Below, piece after piece: positions 19,215 to 29,164 of a stretch of 55,584 bases of DNA (within the stretch, counting starts at the first letter, position 1; the number at the start of each line of letters is the position of its first letter). The DNA lies in assembly GCA_900128565.1 (NCBI GenBank), contig LT635919.1, forward strand, positions 1 to 55,584, written 5' to 3'. Made by a program: the position numbers and the translations under genes. The DNA comes from Stramenopiles sp. TOSAG23-6. Taxonomy: Eukaryota. Below the pieces are notes generated by a model that saw nothing but the letters and a program-made list of their open reading frames with translations, searched no databases and had not been told where the DNA came from.

Positions 19215-22181
19215 ATGGTATCCTCTTCTGGAATATGCCGAAATTCGAAGCTATTGGCACCTCTTCGGACGGTGGGTATGATTACAGGTGAAATACCTTG
19301 TGCGCTTACTACTCTTGGAAAAGAAAATTTTGTTGTTTTGGGACTAGATCACACGTTTCAAGTTATGAAAGCTTCGCGTCTCGAAACCTCCTTAGTTGCT
19401 CCACAAATCGCAGGTTCAATCCGAGCTTTGACTACAAAGGGTATGCTTACGTTCACAGCTGTTGGCGCTGATGTAATTATCTGGGATAGCTCTCGGAAGG
19501 TACGTGTCTTGTCAGGGCATGCGAATAATATAGATATGTTGCTTGTGCTTGGCAATCATCTTCTCTCTTTAAGTCGTGCTGACCGCTGTCTTAAAATATG
19601 GGAAGTTACTACTGGTCTACAAGTAGGAGAAGATATCATTTTCCCCATAAATTTTGTACCAACGGCGTGGGCCCATCCAAGCACATATTTAAACAAAATT
19701 GTGATCGGTAGTGAAGATGGTCGTTTACATATTTGGAACATGCGAACTCGTAAACTTATATTTGAATGTTCCTTTGAACTTCGTTCTATTATCACATGTA
19801 TCGAGCAGTCTCCCGCAGTTGATGTGATTGCTTTAGGTACTCAAGATGGTAGAATATTACTCCATAATATCCGTTTCGACCGATCGTTAATGATATTTCA
19901 ACACAGTGAAGGTAGTGTTGCTTCACTTTCGTTTAGAACGGACCCTGGAAGTGATCGACTCCCGTTACTCGCTTCTGGCTGTAGTAGCGGGCGTGTTATT
20001 TTCTGGAATTTAGCAGAAAAGAAATTACACTCTCAAATTGATGCTGCGCATGATGCAAATGTTACAAAAGTATGTTTTCTTCCAGGTCAAGGAATATTAC
20101 TCACTACCGGACTTGACAACGCTATACGTCAGTGGGCTCTTGACCGTGTAGATGGAAGTGCTAGACTTTTACGATGTCGTATGGGTCACCAAGCACCACC
20201 TACACATATTCGTTATTATGGTGGTGTAACAACGGCAACTACAGTAGATGGTGCAGATGGTCGTTGTTGTCAGATTTTATCTGGGGGTGATGATTGCTCT
20301 TTTCGTGTTTTTCACACGGCTAGACAAGAACAAAGTACCGAGCTTTCACAAGGTAAACTTTTGTCAAAAGCTAGACAATTAAAAGTTAGTGTAGAAAGCT
20401 TGAAATTGCCACCAATAATAAACTTTGCATCATCTGAAACTCGGTCTCGTCAATGGGCTAATATTATTACATGTCATCGTGATCATCCAACAGCTCATGT
20501 TTGGAGCTTCGATAAGCGTTCGATAGGTAAACATATACTCACTCCACCTAAAGCTGCCGGTGTTCCAATATGCTGTACGATTTCAGTATGTGGTCATGTT
20601 GGGCTTTTAGGTACTGCAGGTGGTGTTGTAATACAATTCAATCTACAAAGTGGTCAGCAAAGAGGACAATATGGTGGACAAGAAGGGGCAAGGGGTACAT
20701 ATACATCATTGGATAAGGGTTGGAGTCTTGGTATACATAAAGGAAAGAATGATAAATTTGTCCAAGATAAGTTTAAAGGTGGTGTTGGGAAATATAGCAC
20801 TGATACAACTGCACGAAAATCGAATCAAAATGAATTTCCTCAACATAATGGTGAAATCACAGGAATTGGTGTTGGAGGTTTAGGACTAACTCTAGTGACA
20901 TGTGGAATAGATGGAACTGTGCGATTTTGGAACTATTCAACAAGGCAACAGTTAACATGTATTAATCTTCCAGATAATGTATCAGCCTCACAGCTTGTAG
21001 TATTTCGTAATTCCGGTCTTGTTGCAGTTGCTTCTGATGATCATATTATTCGAATATTTGATGTGTCATCACACAAACTTGTACGTCGTTTTTGTGGACA
21101 TAAAAGTCGGATTACAGATATAACTTTTTCCAACGATGGTCGATGGCTTGTATCTGCATGTGCTGCTGGAGATCTTCGAGTATGGGATCTCATGACCGCA
21201 CGATGTATTGATTGGGTTAGATTCAAAGAAGCAATCACTTCACTTACCTTTTCCCCAACTGGTGAATACTTGGCAACTTCTCATGTAGGTCATGTAGGAA
21301 TTTCTCTTTGGGCAAATAGAAATCATTTTGATGATATCTTATTAGATGCTGCGCCATCTTCGCCAATAGAAATTGACCTACCAATGCCAAAATCTGAAAA
21401 TAAAAAACAATACAATGATGATAGTGATGATGATAGTGGTGATGATGATAATGATAATGAAACAATAAATACTGGTAAGAATAACAAAGAAAACGAAGAA
21501 GATGACGGTGTTCCAACACCACTTAAAAATGGACTTGTGACACTATCTTCTATACCACGAAACCGATGGGCTACTTTACCCCAATTAGATATCATTATAG
21601 AGCGTAATAAACCAAAAGAAGCACCAAAGGTGCCAGAAAAGGCACCATTTTTCCTGCCAACAACTATTTCAAGTAATGGTACCGCTTTCTCAGCTACTGC
21701 AGAGACTGCAAGTGATGGTATAAAACGTGTATCTTCTGAAGATACGCCTGTGTCAAAAGTATTGAATGACAAAGCCTCAGGAAAACTCAATCGTTCAAAG
21801 CCAAAGTTAGTACAACTTTTAACTGGAACAACATATGATTGCAACGCTGTACTGAAGTATCTACAAAGTCTTACACCGTCTGCTGTTCATGTCGCATTGA
21901 GTTTTCTCTGTATGGGACCTGAGGATTACTCTGGCATTCTTGCACTCAAGGCATTTTTGGATTGTGCTGTTGAACTTGTTCAAAACCGGCAGTGTTTCCA
22001 AACTGTGCAAGCATACATCAATGTTTTTGTAAAAATGCATGCAGATGCGATTCAGGCACATGCTAGTCTACAAAGTCGTGTTGACATTCTCAAAAATGTT
22101 GAAAGGAAATCTTGGCTGCATTTACAAGAAATGATGCGTAGTAATTTATGTTTGCTTAAATTTTTCGCTGAGATTAGATAA
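19215..22181 (+). CDS. WDR36: WD-repeat protein 36 / U3 snoRNP component Utp21
   Basis: HPSTYLNK, many WD40 repeats, and the Utp21 C-terminal motif RNKPKEAPKVPEKAPFFLPT. Confidence 0.95.
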   Translation: MVSSSGICRNSKLLAPLRTVGMITGEIPCALTTLGKENFVVLGLDHTFQVMKASRLETSLVAPQIAGSIRALTTKGMLTFTAVGADVIIWDSSRKVRVLSGHANNIDMLLVLGNHLLSLSRADRCLKIWEVTTGLQVGEDIIFPINFVPTAWAHPSTYLNKIVIGSEDGRLHIWNMRTRKLIFECSFELRSIITCIEQSPAVDVIALGTQDGRILLHNIRFDRSLMIFQHSEGSVASLSFRTDPGSDRLPLLASGCSSGRVIFWNLAEKKLHSQIDAAHDANVTKVCFLPGQGILLTTGLDNAIRQWALDRVDGSARLLRCRMGHQAPPTHIRYYGGVTTATTVDGADGRCCQILSGGDDCSFRVFHTARQEQSTELSQGKLLSKARQLKVSVESLKLPPIINFASSETRSRQWANIITCHRDHPTAHVWSFDKRSIGKHILTPPKAAGVPICCTISVCGHVGLLGTAGGVVIQFNLQSGQQRGQYGGQEGARGTYTSLDKGWSLGIHKGKNDKFVQDKFKGGVGKYSTDTTARKSNQNEFPQHNGEITGIGVGGLGLTLVTCGIDGTVRFWNYSTRQQLTCINLPDNVSASQLVVFRNSGLVAVASDDHIIRIFDVSSHKLVRRFCGHKSRITDITFSNDGRWLVSACAAGDLRVWDLMTARCIDWVRFKEAITSLTFSPTGEYLATSHVGHVGISLWANRNHFDDILLDAAPSSPIEIDLPMPKSENKKQYNDDSDDDSGDDDNDNETINTGKNNKENEEDDGVPTPLKNGLVTLSSIPRNRWATLPQLDIIIERNKPKEAPKVPEKAPFFLPTTISSNGTAFSATAETASDGIKRVSSEDTPVSKVLNDKASGKLNRSKPKLVQLLTGTTYDCNAVLKYLQSLTPSAVHVALSFLCMGPEDYSGILALKAFLDCAVELVQNRQCFQTVQAYINVFVKMHADAIQAHASLQSRVDILKNVERKSWLHLQEMMRSNLCLLKFFAEIR

Positions 22182-22308
22182 TTTTTACTATATGTACCAT
22201 AAATGAGAATATAAAATAATGAGATTTTAGTCATTCTTTTTTTTTTATTACACGAAGCAATATACTGCATAATTAAATTAATGATAATATTTACATCATT
22301 TACGATAA

Positions 22309-23883
22309 TTAAAGGGCACTGCCATAATTGTTTGTTGGAGATGCTCGTTGTGACCCGTCTTCTTTATGATGATGATCACTGAGTGTCTTTACATCAGATT
22401 TAATCGATTTCAATATTTCAGAATGCGATTTCAAATGCACATTACCATATGTTCGATTATTGTGGTTTTCTTTGTGACTGTAATTATGGTGTAACTTTGA
22501 CGCTATCTCTTGGTGATAACTAGTAAGTTGTTGAGCAAAAGCACCACTCGCTGTTGATGGACCACGTCGAGTGTTGCGCTTCCACGAACTAGATTTAGGC
22601 GTTCGACTCTGCATAAACGCAAGATAAAATTGAATGACTTCAGTAACTCGCTGTTCGATTGTCGATAATGTCGATAATATATCAGTAGCAGTGCTAGTAT
22701 CATCAAGCATCACTGATCGATCTTTATGTAGCATAGACGTCGTCACAACAGCGGATAAATGTCCTGTAAGTTTTGCAGGGTCGCATTCTTGCTGAAGGCG
22801 ATTAAGAGGTCTTATCATATTTCGTAGAAGTGACATTGTAACTTGCAGTTTTCTCTCTGTGTCACCAATTACGCGTTCTACATAATCTGTACGTTTTTGA
22901 AGACTACTTACAAAGTCTTTTTGTTTATTCACCCGAGTTTTGCTTGCAGCAATGATCTTTTTTTGTTCAGCTGAGAGTGCCCTAATTTTACTGTTTATAG
23001 ATTTGATGTCTGCAATATGAGATGTTGCCTCCATCATTTTCTCTAACTTTATTTTTTCCATTTGACTAAAAACAGCAGCAAGTTCGTCCGCTGTTGAAAC
23101 ACCAGTTTTTACATGTATTCTTTTCCACATTTCATTGAGATATGCAATATCAGTGATGAGTTTTTTTCCAGCAGATTTCGATTTATCATTAACGGAAAGT
23201 TTCATTCCCATCAGACTCCCCTTCAATGATTCTCCTTTTTTTTTCTTTCCTTGGCCCATCATATCCTTTATTGACATTGCCTCTCGTTCCTTTTCTTCTT
23301 CTTCAACAGCTTGAGCTTTTTCTTTTGCGTTCAAGTCTGCTAGCTCTTGTTGAAGTTTTGTTTGACGCTTGTTAAATTCGTCGAGAACACTTCGGCACAA
23401 TACTTGTGCCTTATCACGCAGTTCATATTTGCGTTCAATTATAACATTTTGGGTATCAAAAGTTTCTTCTGCGTTTGTCAACTCTTTCCGTAATCTTTCA
23501 AATGCTTTGAGATACACAAATTTTTCTTGTCTCAAATCGTTAATCTCTTGGCGTAAAACAGCATTTTTACCGACTACCTGATTTAATCTGGACGATACAC
23601 ACTCATTCGAATGCTCCATTGTTTCTAGTCTATGTAACATTCGTAATCGATTTTGCTCGGCCTTGTATGTTCCTGAATCGGCGCCTCCTAGTTCTACAAA
23701 TTGAAGTAACTTCTGCTCAATCAACACGGACGTTCCTTCCACAGCTTCTAATGCTTCCCTTTTGTCCTGAACTTTTGTTTCTCTCAGAAAAACCTTTTTC
23801 TCTAGAGCTTCTATTCGCGCATGACGTTGTCGAACAAGCATACTTACTTTCCCCTTTTTGGGAGACACAGTTTTTCCATCCAT
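22309..23883 (-). CDS. Coiled-coil protein, outer dynein arm docking complex ODAD1/CCDC114/CCDC63-like
   Basis: RLNQVVGKNAVLRQEINDLRQEKFVYLKAFERLRKEL resembles the ODAD1/DC2 core; the protein is coiled-coil throughout. Confidence 0.7.
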   Translation of the reverse strand: MDGKTVSPKKGKVSMLVRQRHARIEALEKKVFLRETKVQDKREALEAVEGTSVLIEQKLLQFVELGGADSGTYKAEQNRLRMLHRLETMEHSNECVSSRLNQVVGKNAVLRQEINDLRQEKFVYLKAFERLRKELTNAEETFDTQNVIIERKYELRDKAQVLCRSVLDEFNKRQTKLQQELADLNAKEKAQAVEEEEKEREAMSIKDMMGQGKKKKGESLKGSLMGMKLSVNDKSKSAGKKLITDIAYLNEMWKRIHVKTGVSTADELAAVFSQMEKIKLEKMMEATSHIADIKSINSKIRALSAEQKKIIAASKTRVNKQKDFVSSLQKRTDYVERVIGDTERKLQVTMSLLRNMIRPLNRLQQECDPAKLTGHLSAVVTTSMLHKDRSVMLDDTSTATDILSTLSTIEQRVTEVIQFYLAFMQSRTPKSSSWKRNTRRGPSTASGAFAQQLTSYHQEIASKLHHNYSHKENHNNRTYGNVHLKSHSEILKSIKSDVKTLSDHHHKEDGSQRASPTNNYGSAL

Positions 23884-24125
23884 TATTACTCGATATTGTC
23901 TAAATATTGTTCACAAGTATAGTAAGGTTTCCTGTTCAAGTGAAACCGTATTTTTTTGACCTTTCTTTACATTTCCAAATGGACTTCATAAAATAATATA
24001 TATTTTACTACGGGATTTTCTACTTAAAGGAAAGCATCGAAATCATCTAAAACCGCGATAAACCGTATCCCAAAAAAACGGAATCTAAAACAGCAGACAG
24101 TTGAATAAAAAGTTTCTTATTAAAG

Positions 24126-25493
24126 ATGTGTTGTAAATTACGAATCATTCTAATGTTGTCTGCGTGTGTGGTGTTCGTGCGTGGGATGTCGGAAGCCGAT
24201 GCACTTGCGCAGATACATGAAGAAATCGCGAAATTGGAAGGAGGAGTAAAAGTAAAGGATCCAGAAATTGGTTGCAGCAGTGATGGCGATTGCGGCAAAG
24301 GAACTTGCGTTTTAGGCTATTGCAATGCTGGTTCTGAATTTAAGAATCGTGAATCTTGTATTACAGTATCAAAGTGTGTAACATATAAAGATGCAATGGC
24401 GGCCACCTCAAGAACAAAATTTACAGAAATTTCTGCTGTAAAAGAAATAACGGATAAAGAAACATGCGAGAAATCAAATATCTGTAGAAACGCTTCATTT
24501 GGAAATTTGCCAGAACTAAAAACTGCTGAAGAGTGTAATGATCCTCTTAATAACATATATGAAACCCCAAATATTTGGGCACCTGAACATATTTGGCTCA
24601 AACCACTTTGGAAGAGAGTAGAAAAATGCAAATGTAACCGCGACTATTATGGCACTCACTGCGAGCAAATAGATGGCAGGAGTTTTTACGACGAATACAA
24701 AAACAAACATGGAGATGAAGCTTTTGAAATTGGGGAATCTATTTTATACCGTGTTCATTCTTACGGTCCCAAGGGTGGTCAGACTGCTCCTACGGATTGG
24801 CGGACTCCCATTGAAGTCAAATATACTGAAAGTCGGGCTCGAGATGGTGTTGTTGTATTTTCTTCTGATGCGCAAGGTGGTGATAATAAGAATACTATTA
24901 TGAATATGGTGTCCGCAACTAAAGGCATTAAAAGTCTCGTTGAGCAACTTCAAGAAGGTGATCACATCGAAGCCATTTTGCTTCCATCTGTTCATCATGG
25001 TGCACTTGGGCGCGGGAAAATATGTGGAAGTTGTGCAGTTGTATTTGACTTTACACTTGTCAAGGTTCGTTCCGATCTTAGGTTTCCTGTATTCGCGGAA
25101 GATGTGCCTCATCTTGGCGATTCTGAAGATATTACGAAAAACGTAGTGTCATTTGAGACGTTCCAAAAAGAGAAATCCAAGAGTGGGGAAGGAAGCATAG
25201 TTATGTTTTATTCGCCATCCTGCATTTATTCACAGAAGTTCATGCCTGTATATACGAAAGCCGCAGTTAAGTATGCGAAGGATGTTACTTTTACAGCCGT
25301 TAATTGTATCAAAGAGAAATCGACTTGTCTGCAAAATACAATTACTGGTTATCCAACTATAAAATTCCTGAAAGGTGAATCCATGACAATGAAATTTGTT
25401 TATGAGAGATCTGCGGCTGGTATTGATCAATTTATATCACGTTTGAAAACAGGTAAGCAACTAAAAAGAGAAGAAACTAAAAGTGAGCTGTGA
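24126..25493 (+). CDS. ER-lumenal protein: signal peptide, Cys/EGF-like region, FKBP-like segment, thioredoxin domain (CxxS), KSEL
   Basis: CKCNRDYYGTHCE; VMFYSPSCIYS...ITGYPTIKF; C-terminal KSEL. Confidence 0.8.
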   Translation: MCCKLRIILMLSACVVFVRGMSEADALAQIHEEIAKLEGGVKVKDPEIGCSSDGDCGKGTCVLGYCNAGSEFKNRESCITVSKCVTYKDAMAATSRTKFTEISAVKEITDKETCEKSNICRNASFGNLPELKTAEECNDPLNNIYETPNIWAPEHIWLKPLWKRVEKCKCNRDYYGTHCEQIDGRSFYDEYKNKHGDEAFEIGESILYRVHSYGPKGGQTAPTDWRTPIEVKYTESRARDGVVVFSSDAQGGDNKNTIMNMVSATKGIKSLVEQLQEGDHIEAILLPSVHHGALGRGKICGSCAVVFDFTLVKVRSDLRFPVFAEDVPHLGDSEDITKNVVSFETFQKEKSKSGEGSIVMFYSPSCIYSQKFMPVYTKAAVKYAKDVTFTAVNCIKEKSTCLQNTITGYPTIKFLKGESMTMKFVYERSAAGIDQFISRLKTGKQLKREETKSEL

Positions 25494-25614
25494 GCATTTA
25501 TAATCAAAATCAAACAAACAATATTTATTTTCAAAATAAAAACTCAAAGTCTACTGAATTGTTTGAAAATAAAATATTCAAAGAAAACTAAAATCAAATC
25601 AGACATTGTGTTGC

Positions 25615-27879
25615 TTATTGTGAAGCTCCGGTGGGATTAGTTTTTCTCCACATCTCAACAATCTTTGGTAATTTATCTAAAGGTCTCTCGAAAACGTCAC
25701 CTGTATTTGCTACTTCTAACTGTAAAGCTAATCTTGTTCCTTGATCAATAGCACGATTTGCATCAAGCTCACCTGCATATTGAGCTCCACCAATACGAAA
25801 ATATTTAATGCCTGAAGCAATTAATGATGGTTCTAATTCCAATTTAGATTCCTGTCCAGCGCATATTACAATATTATCATTCACAAGAACTCGATCTTCT
25901 ATTTTATATTTTTCTTGAGATTTATCCTTCTTCGAATCTTTTGTACCTACCTTGGTTTTGATTGCAACATGAAGATTTCCTTCACTATCAATCTTTTTGT
26001 AAGAAACTCCACCAATCATCTCAACACCTAAATTTTTTAGGCCCGCCCGATGAATCCACCCAGTTGTTTTACCAAGGTTCTTGCCGTGTTTCACTGACTT
26101 GCGTTGCAGAAGCTGAACCTGTCGCGGACTTTTCCATTTTCCTTTTTTCGATAACAGACCTCCACGATTTTTATTTTGTTTGTCGACACCCCATTTGTTC
26201 ATAAATGTATCTACATTCAATGATGTATCATCTGATGATTCATGTGTTAATAACTCTGCTACATCGAAACCAATTCCACCAGCTCCTATTATAGCGACAC
26301 GAGAACCAACATCAGCATTTCCCTGCAATACATCTACGTAAGAAAGTACCTTAGGATGATCACTTCCAGGAATGTCAAGTTTCCTCGGTAGAACTCCGGT
26401 AGCTAACACAACAATATCAAACTTTCCTTCAATTAAATCACTTGGCAAAATCGTAGTGGAGAGACAAACGTCAACGCCATCTATTTCAAGTTGGCGATTA
26501 TAGTAACGTAAGGTTTCGTTGAATTCTTCTTTTCCAGGTATCTTTTTTGCCATATTAAACTGTCCACCAATTTCATTAGATGAATCAAATAGTGTTACCT
26601 TGTGTCCTCGTCGTGATGCAGTTGTAGAAAATGCCAAACCAGCAGGACCTGCACCAATAACAGCAACGTTTAATGATTCATTTGGTTTGACGGGTGATTC
26701 TACTAATTCGAGTTCATATCCAGCAGTAGGATTGACAAGACATGAAGCTCGTATTGCTTTAAATGTAAAATCAAGACATGCTTGATTACAACCTATACAA
26801 GTATTCACTTCATCCATTCTCCCCTCTTCCGACTTCATCATTATGTTTGGATCGGCAAGAAAAGGACGCGCCATCGATATTAGATTTGCTTGGCCTTTAG
26901 CTAAAACATTCTCGGCAACTTCTGCACTGTTTATTCTATTTGTGGCACACAGAGGAATATCAACCTCTTTCATCATTTTTTCAGTCACCCAAGTGAAGGC
27001 ACCGCGGGGAACTTTCGTAGCGATTGTTGGCACGCGTGCCTCGTGCCAACCAATCCCTGTATTTATAATAGTAACACCAACTTTTTCTAATGATTTTGCT
27101 AGAACTACAATCTCATCCCACGTGCTACCTGCATTGATCAAATCAAGCATACTAAGCCTAAACATAATTATAAAATCATCTCCAACAGCTTGTCGAGTTT
27201 GCCTTACAATTTCAACCGGAAAAGACATTCGGTTAGAATAATCACCACCCCATTCGTCTGTTCTATGGTTAACATGTTCAACAAGAAATTGATTAAGAAG
27301 ATATCCTTCTGATCCCATTATTTCAACTCCGTCATATCCGGCCTTTTTAGCAAGTTCGGCACATCGCACAAAATCAGAAATTGTCGACTCAACAGAATTT
27401 GCAAAAATTCCCTTTCCTTTGGACGAAAGTTCCCTGGGCGTGAACCAACCAATTGGAGCCTTAATAGGCGATGGGGCAACATTCCAAGGGTGATATCCAT
27501 ATCTACCGCTATGTAGTATCTGCATTGCAATCAGCCCTCCCTCTTCATGAACCGCCTCAGTTACTTCTCTGTGAGCTCGACTCTCAAAACTATTACTCAT
27601 TTTCCCAGCTAGCGGGCTTACTTTCCCAGCTCTATTTGGGGCTATTCCACCAGTCACTATAAGCCCCGCACCTCCTGCGGCGCGAACTCTATAAAATTCG
27701 GCTAAATTTTTGAGACCACCTCTTCCGGTAAATGGGTTACCTCCTACAACAGCGAAATCTTCTAAACCCAAGTGCATTGAACCCATAATACTGCGGTTTC
27801 GGAGAACATGACCTGATTTAAGCTGCAGTGGTGAAAAAAGATGCGTGAAAAGTTGTTTTCCACCTTTTATTGACGCCAT
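25615..27879 (-). CDS. fadH: NADPH-dependent 2,4-dienoyl-CoA reductase, FadH type (OYE barrel + 4Fe-4S + FAD)
   Basis: MGSMHLGLE, QILHSGRY, EIMGSEGYLLNQF, NTGIGWHEARVPTIAT, CIGCNQAC, GAGPAG and GKTTGWIHR. Confidence 0.95.
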   Translation of the reverse strand: MASIKGGKQLFTHLFSPLQLKSGHVLRNRSIMGSMHLGLEDFAVVGGNPFTGRGGLKNLAEFYRVRAAGGAGLIVTGGIAPNRAGKVSPLAGKMSNSFESRAHREVTEAVHEEGGLIAMQILHSGRYGYHPWNVAPSPIKAPIGWFTPRELSSKGKGIFANSVESTISDFVRCAELAKKAGYDGVEIMGSEGYLLNQFLVEHVNHRTDEWGGDYSNRMSFPVEIVRQTRQAVGDDFIIMFRLSMLDLINAGSTWDEIVVLAKSLEKVGVTIINTGIGWHEARVPTIATKVPRGAFTWVTEKMMKEVDIPLCATNRINSAEVAENVLAKGQANLISMARPFLADPNIMMKSEEGRMDEVNTCIGCNQACLDFTFKAIRASCLVNPTAGYELELVESPVKPNESLNVAVIGAGPAGLAFSTTASRRGHKVTLFDSSNEIGGQFNMAKKIPGKEEFNETLRYYNRQLEIDGVDVCLSTTILPSDLIEGKFDIVVLATGVLPRKLDIPGSDHPKVLSYVDVLQGNADVGSRVAIIGAGGIGFDVAELLTHESSDDTSLNVDTFMNKWGVDKQNKNRGGLLSKKGKWKSPRQVQLLQRKSVKHGKNLGKTTGWIHRAGLKNLGVEMIGGVSYKKIDSEGNLHVAIKTKVGTKDSKKDKSQEKYKIEDRVLVNDNIVICAGQESKLELEPSLIASGIKYFRIGGAQYAGELDANRAIDQGTRLALQLEVANTGDVFERPLDKLPKIVEMWRKTNPTGASQ

Positions 27880-28326
27880 AATTTCAAAGATACTTACTTC
27901 CAGAGTAGTTAGTTACAATGTCATCTGATAAGGGGAATAGGATTGGAACACACACAGAGCTACACGACTAGTGCCGACGGTAGCAAAATTTTCTAAGAAT
28001 CTGGTTTCTGTCAACAAAAACGGTCTGGTACACTTGTGTATATATCAAGAAAATTTAATAATAACTGCAATATTTAATTTAGTTTGTTTATTTGTCAAAT
28101 CTTAAAATAGAAAAATCATTGAAATGAAAATATATATTAAAAATGCAAATACAAAAATAAAACCCATAACAAACTAAAATACACTAGGTATTTAATGATG
28201 TATATCAGAAGGTACGATAAAACCTGGGAACTATGTTTTATTCATGCTTCTTCATTTTTATTTATCAAAATTAACACCGTGAATATTTTTTATCATTTTC
28301 AAATGTAACATTTTATTGCGATATAC

Positions 28327-28818
28327 TCAACCTGTTTTTGCTTGTACTTCATAGTATTCTGTTCTTGGTTCTGCTGCGCGTAATTCTTGATGTCGTCTAT
28401 GCTGAATTTTCTTAGATTCTACCTCTTGCAGTTTGAATTCTTCATTTCCTTTCATCGAATCCTGCTCATTCATGCTCGTTATTGCGCCCTTGGAAGAGAA
28501 ATATGGAAAATCCACGTTACGACCTCGGAATAATGGGCGGTTCTCGAAGTTTACATCTAGAGGCCCATCTAGTTTTCTCCCACGACTACCAGTCCTCGAA
28601 CTACCCACAGCCGCAGCCGCTCTTTTCGCTAAGGAAGCCTCTTTCAACCCGGCGAGTTCAACATCCCTCATAATCAGCGCCCTCTCCGTGGCTCTGATCT
28701 GCGATTCAGAAATTGAAGCGGCTCTGACGTGATTGTAAACACCGTCTGTTGCTGCCATTGCAATACAAAGGACTCTAGAAAGCATGGCTGTTACGAATAT
28801 TTTTTTCATATATATCAT
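28327..28818 (-). CDS. Hypothetical secreted protein
   Basis: 163-aa ORF with a hydrophobic N-terminus and higher GC than its flanks. Confidence 0.55.
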   Translation of the reverse strand: MIYMKKIFVTAMLSRVLCIAMAATDGVYNHVRAASISESQIRATERALIMRDVELAGLKEASLAKRAAAAVGSSRTGSRGRKLDGPLDVNFENRPLFRGRNVDFPYFSSKGAITSMNEQDSMKGNEEFKLQEVESKKIQHRRHQELRAAEPRTEYYEVQAKTG

Positions 28819-29011
28819 TTCCGTTTAAATATATATGGTATTTAATCCGGGAAATGTGAGTTTGTTAGTAATCGGATAGAATACGAGGGATACTAGTAGA
28901 TCTAATTCAAAATTATGATACCTGTGGCAAGAGTATCCATTTTTTGTTTTTTTTTTAAATTTTATGGCCGCGCTCCTATTTCCGGGTTTCGTGTCATGTG
29001 ATACTATTAGC

Positions 29012-29022
29012 TAGGGTTAGGG
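29012..29022 (+). promoter_or_regulatory. Telo-box-like TAGGGTTAGGG
   Basis: About 145 nt upstream of the FDH ATG. Confidence 0.45.
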
Positions 29023-29164
29023 TATGGTAGCAATTTTTAAAATGAATGGTGAGAATCAGCTGGTCACGTGGGCATTTTCCAAAATATCTTTTTCGCTGTG
29101 TGTCCACGGACAAGTCCTTTCCAAACAACCATTCGTTCTTAATTGTATTTTCCAAGTTTAAAAA

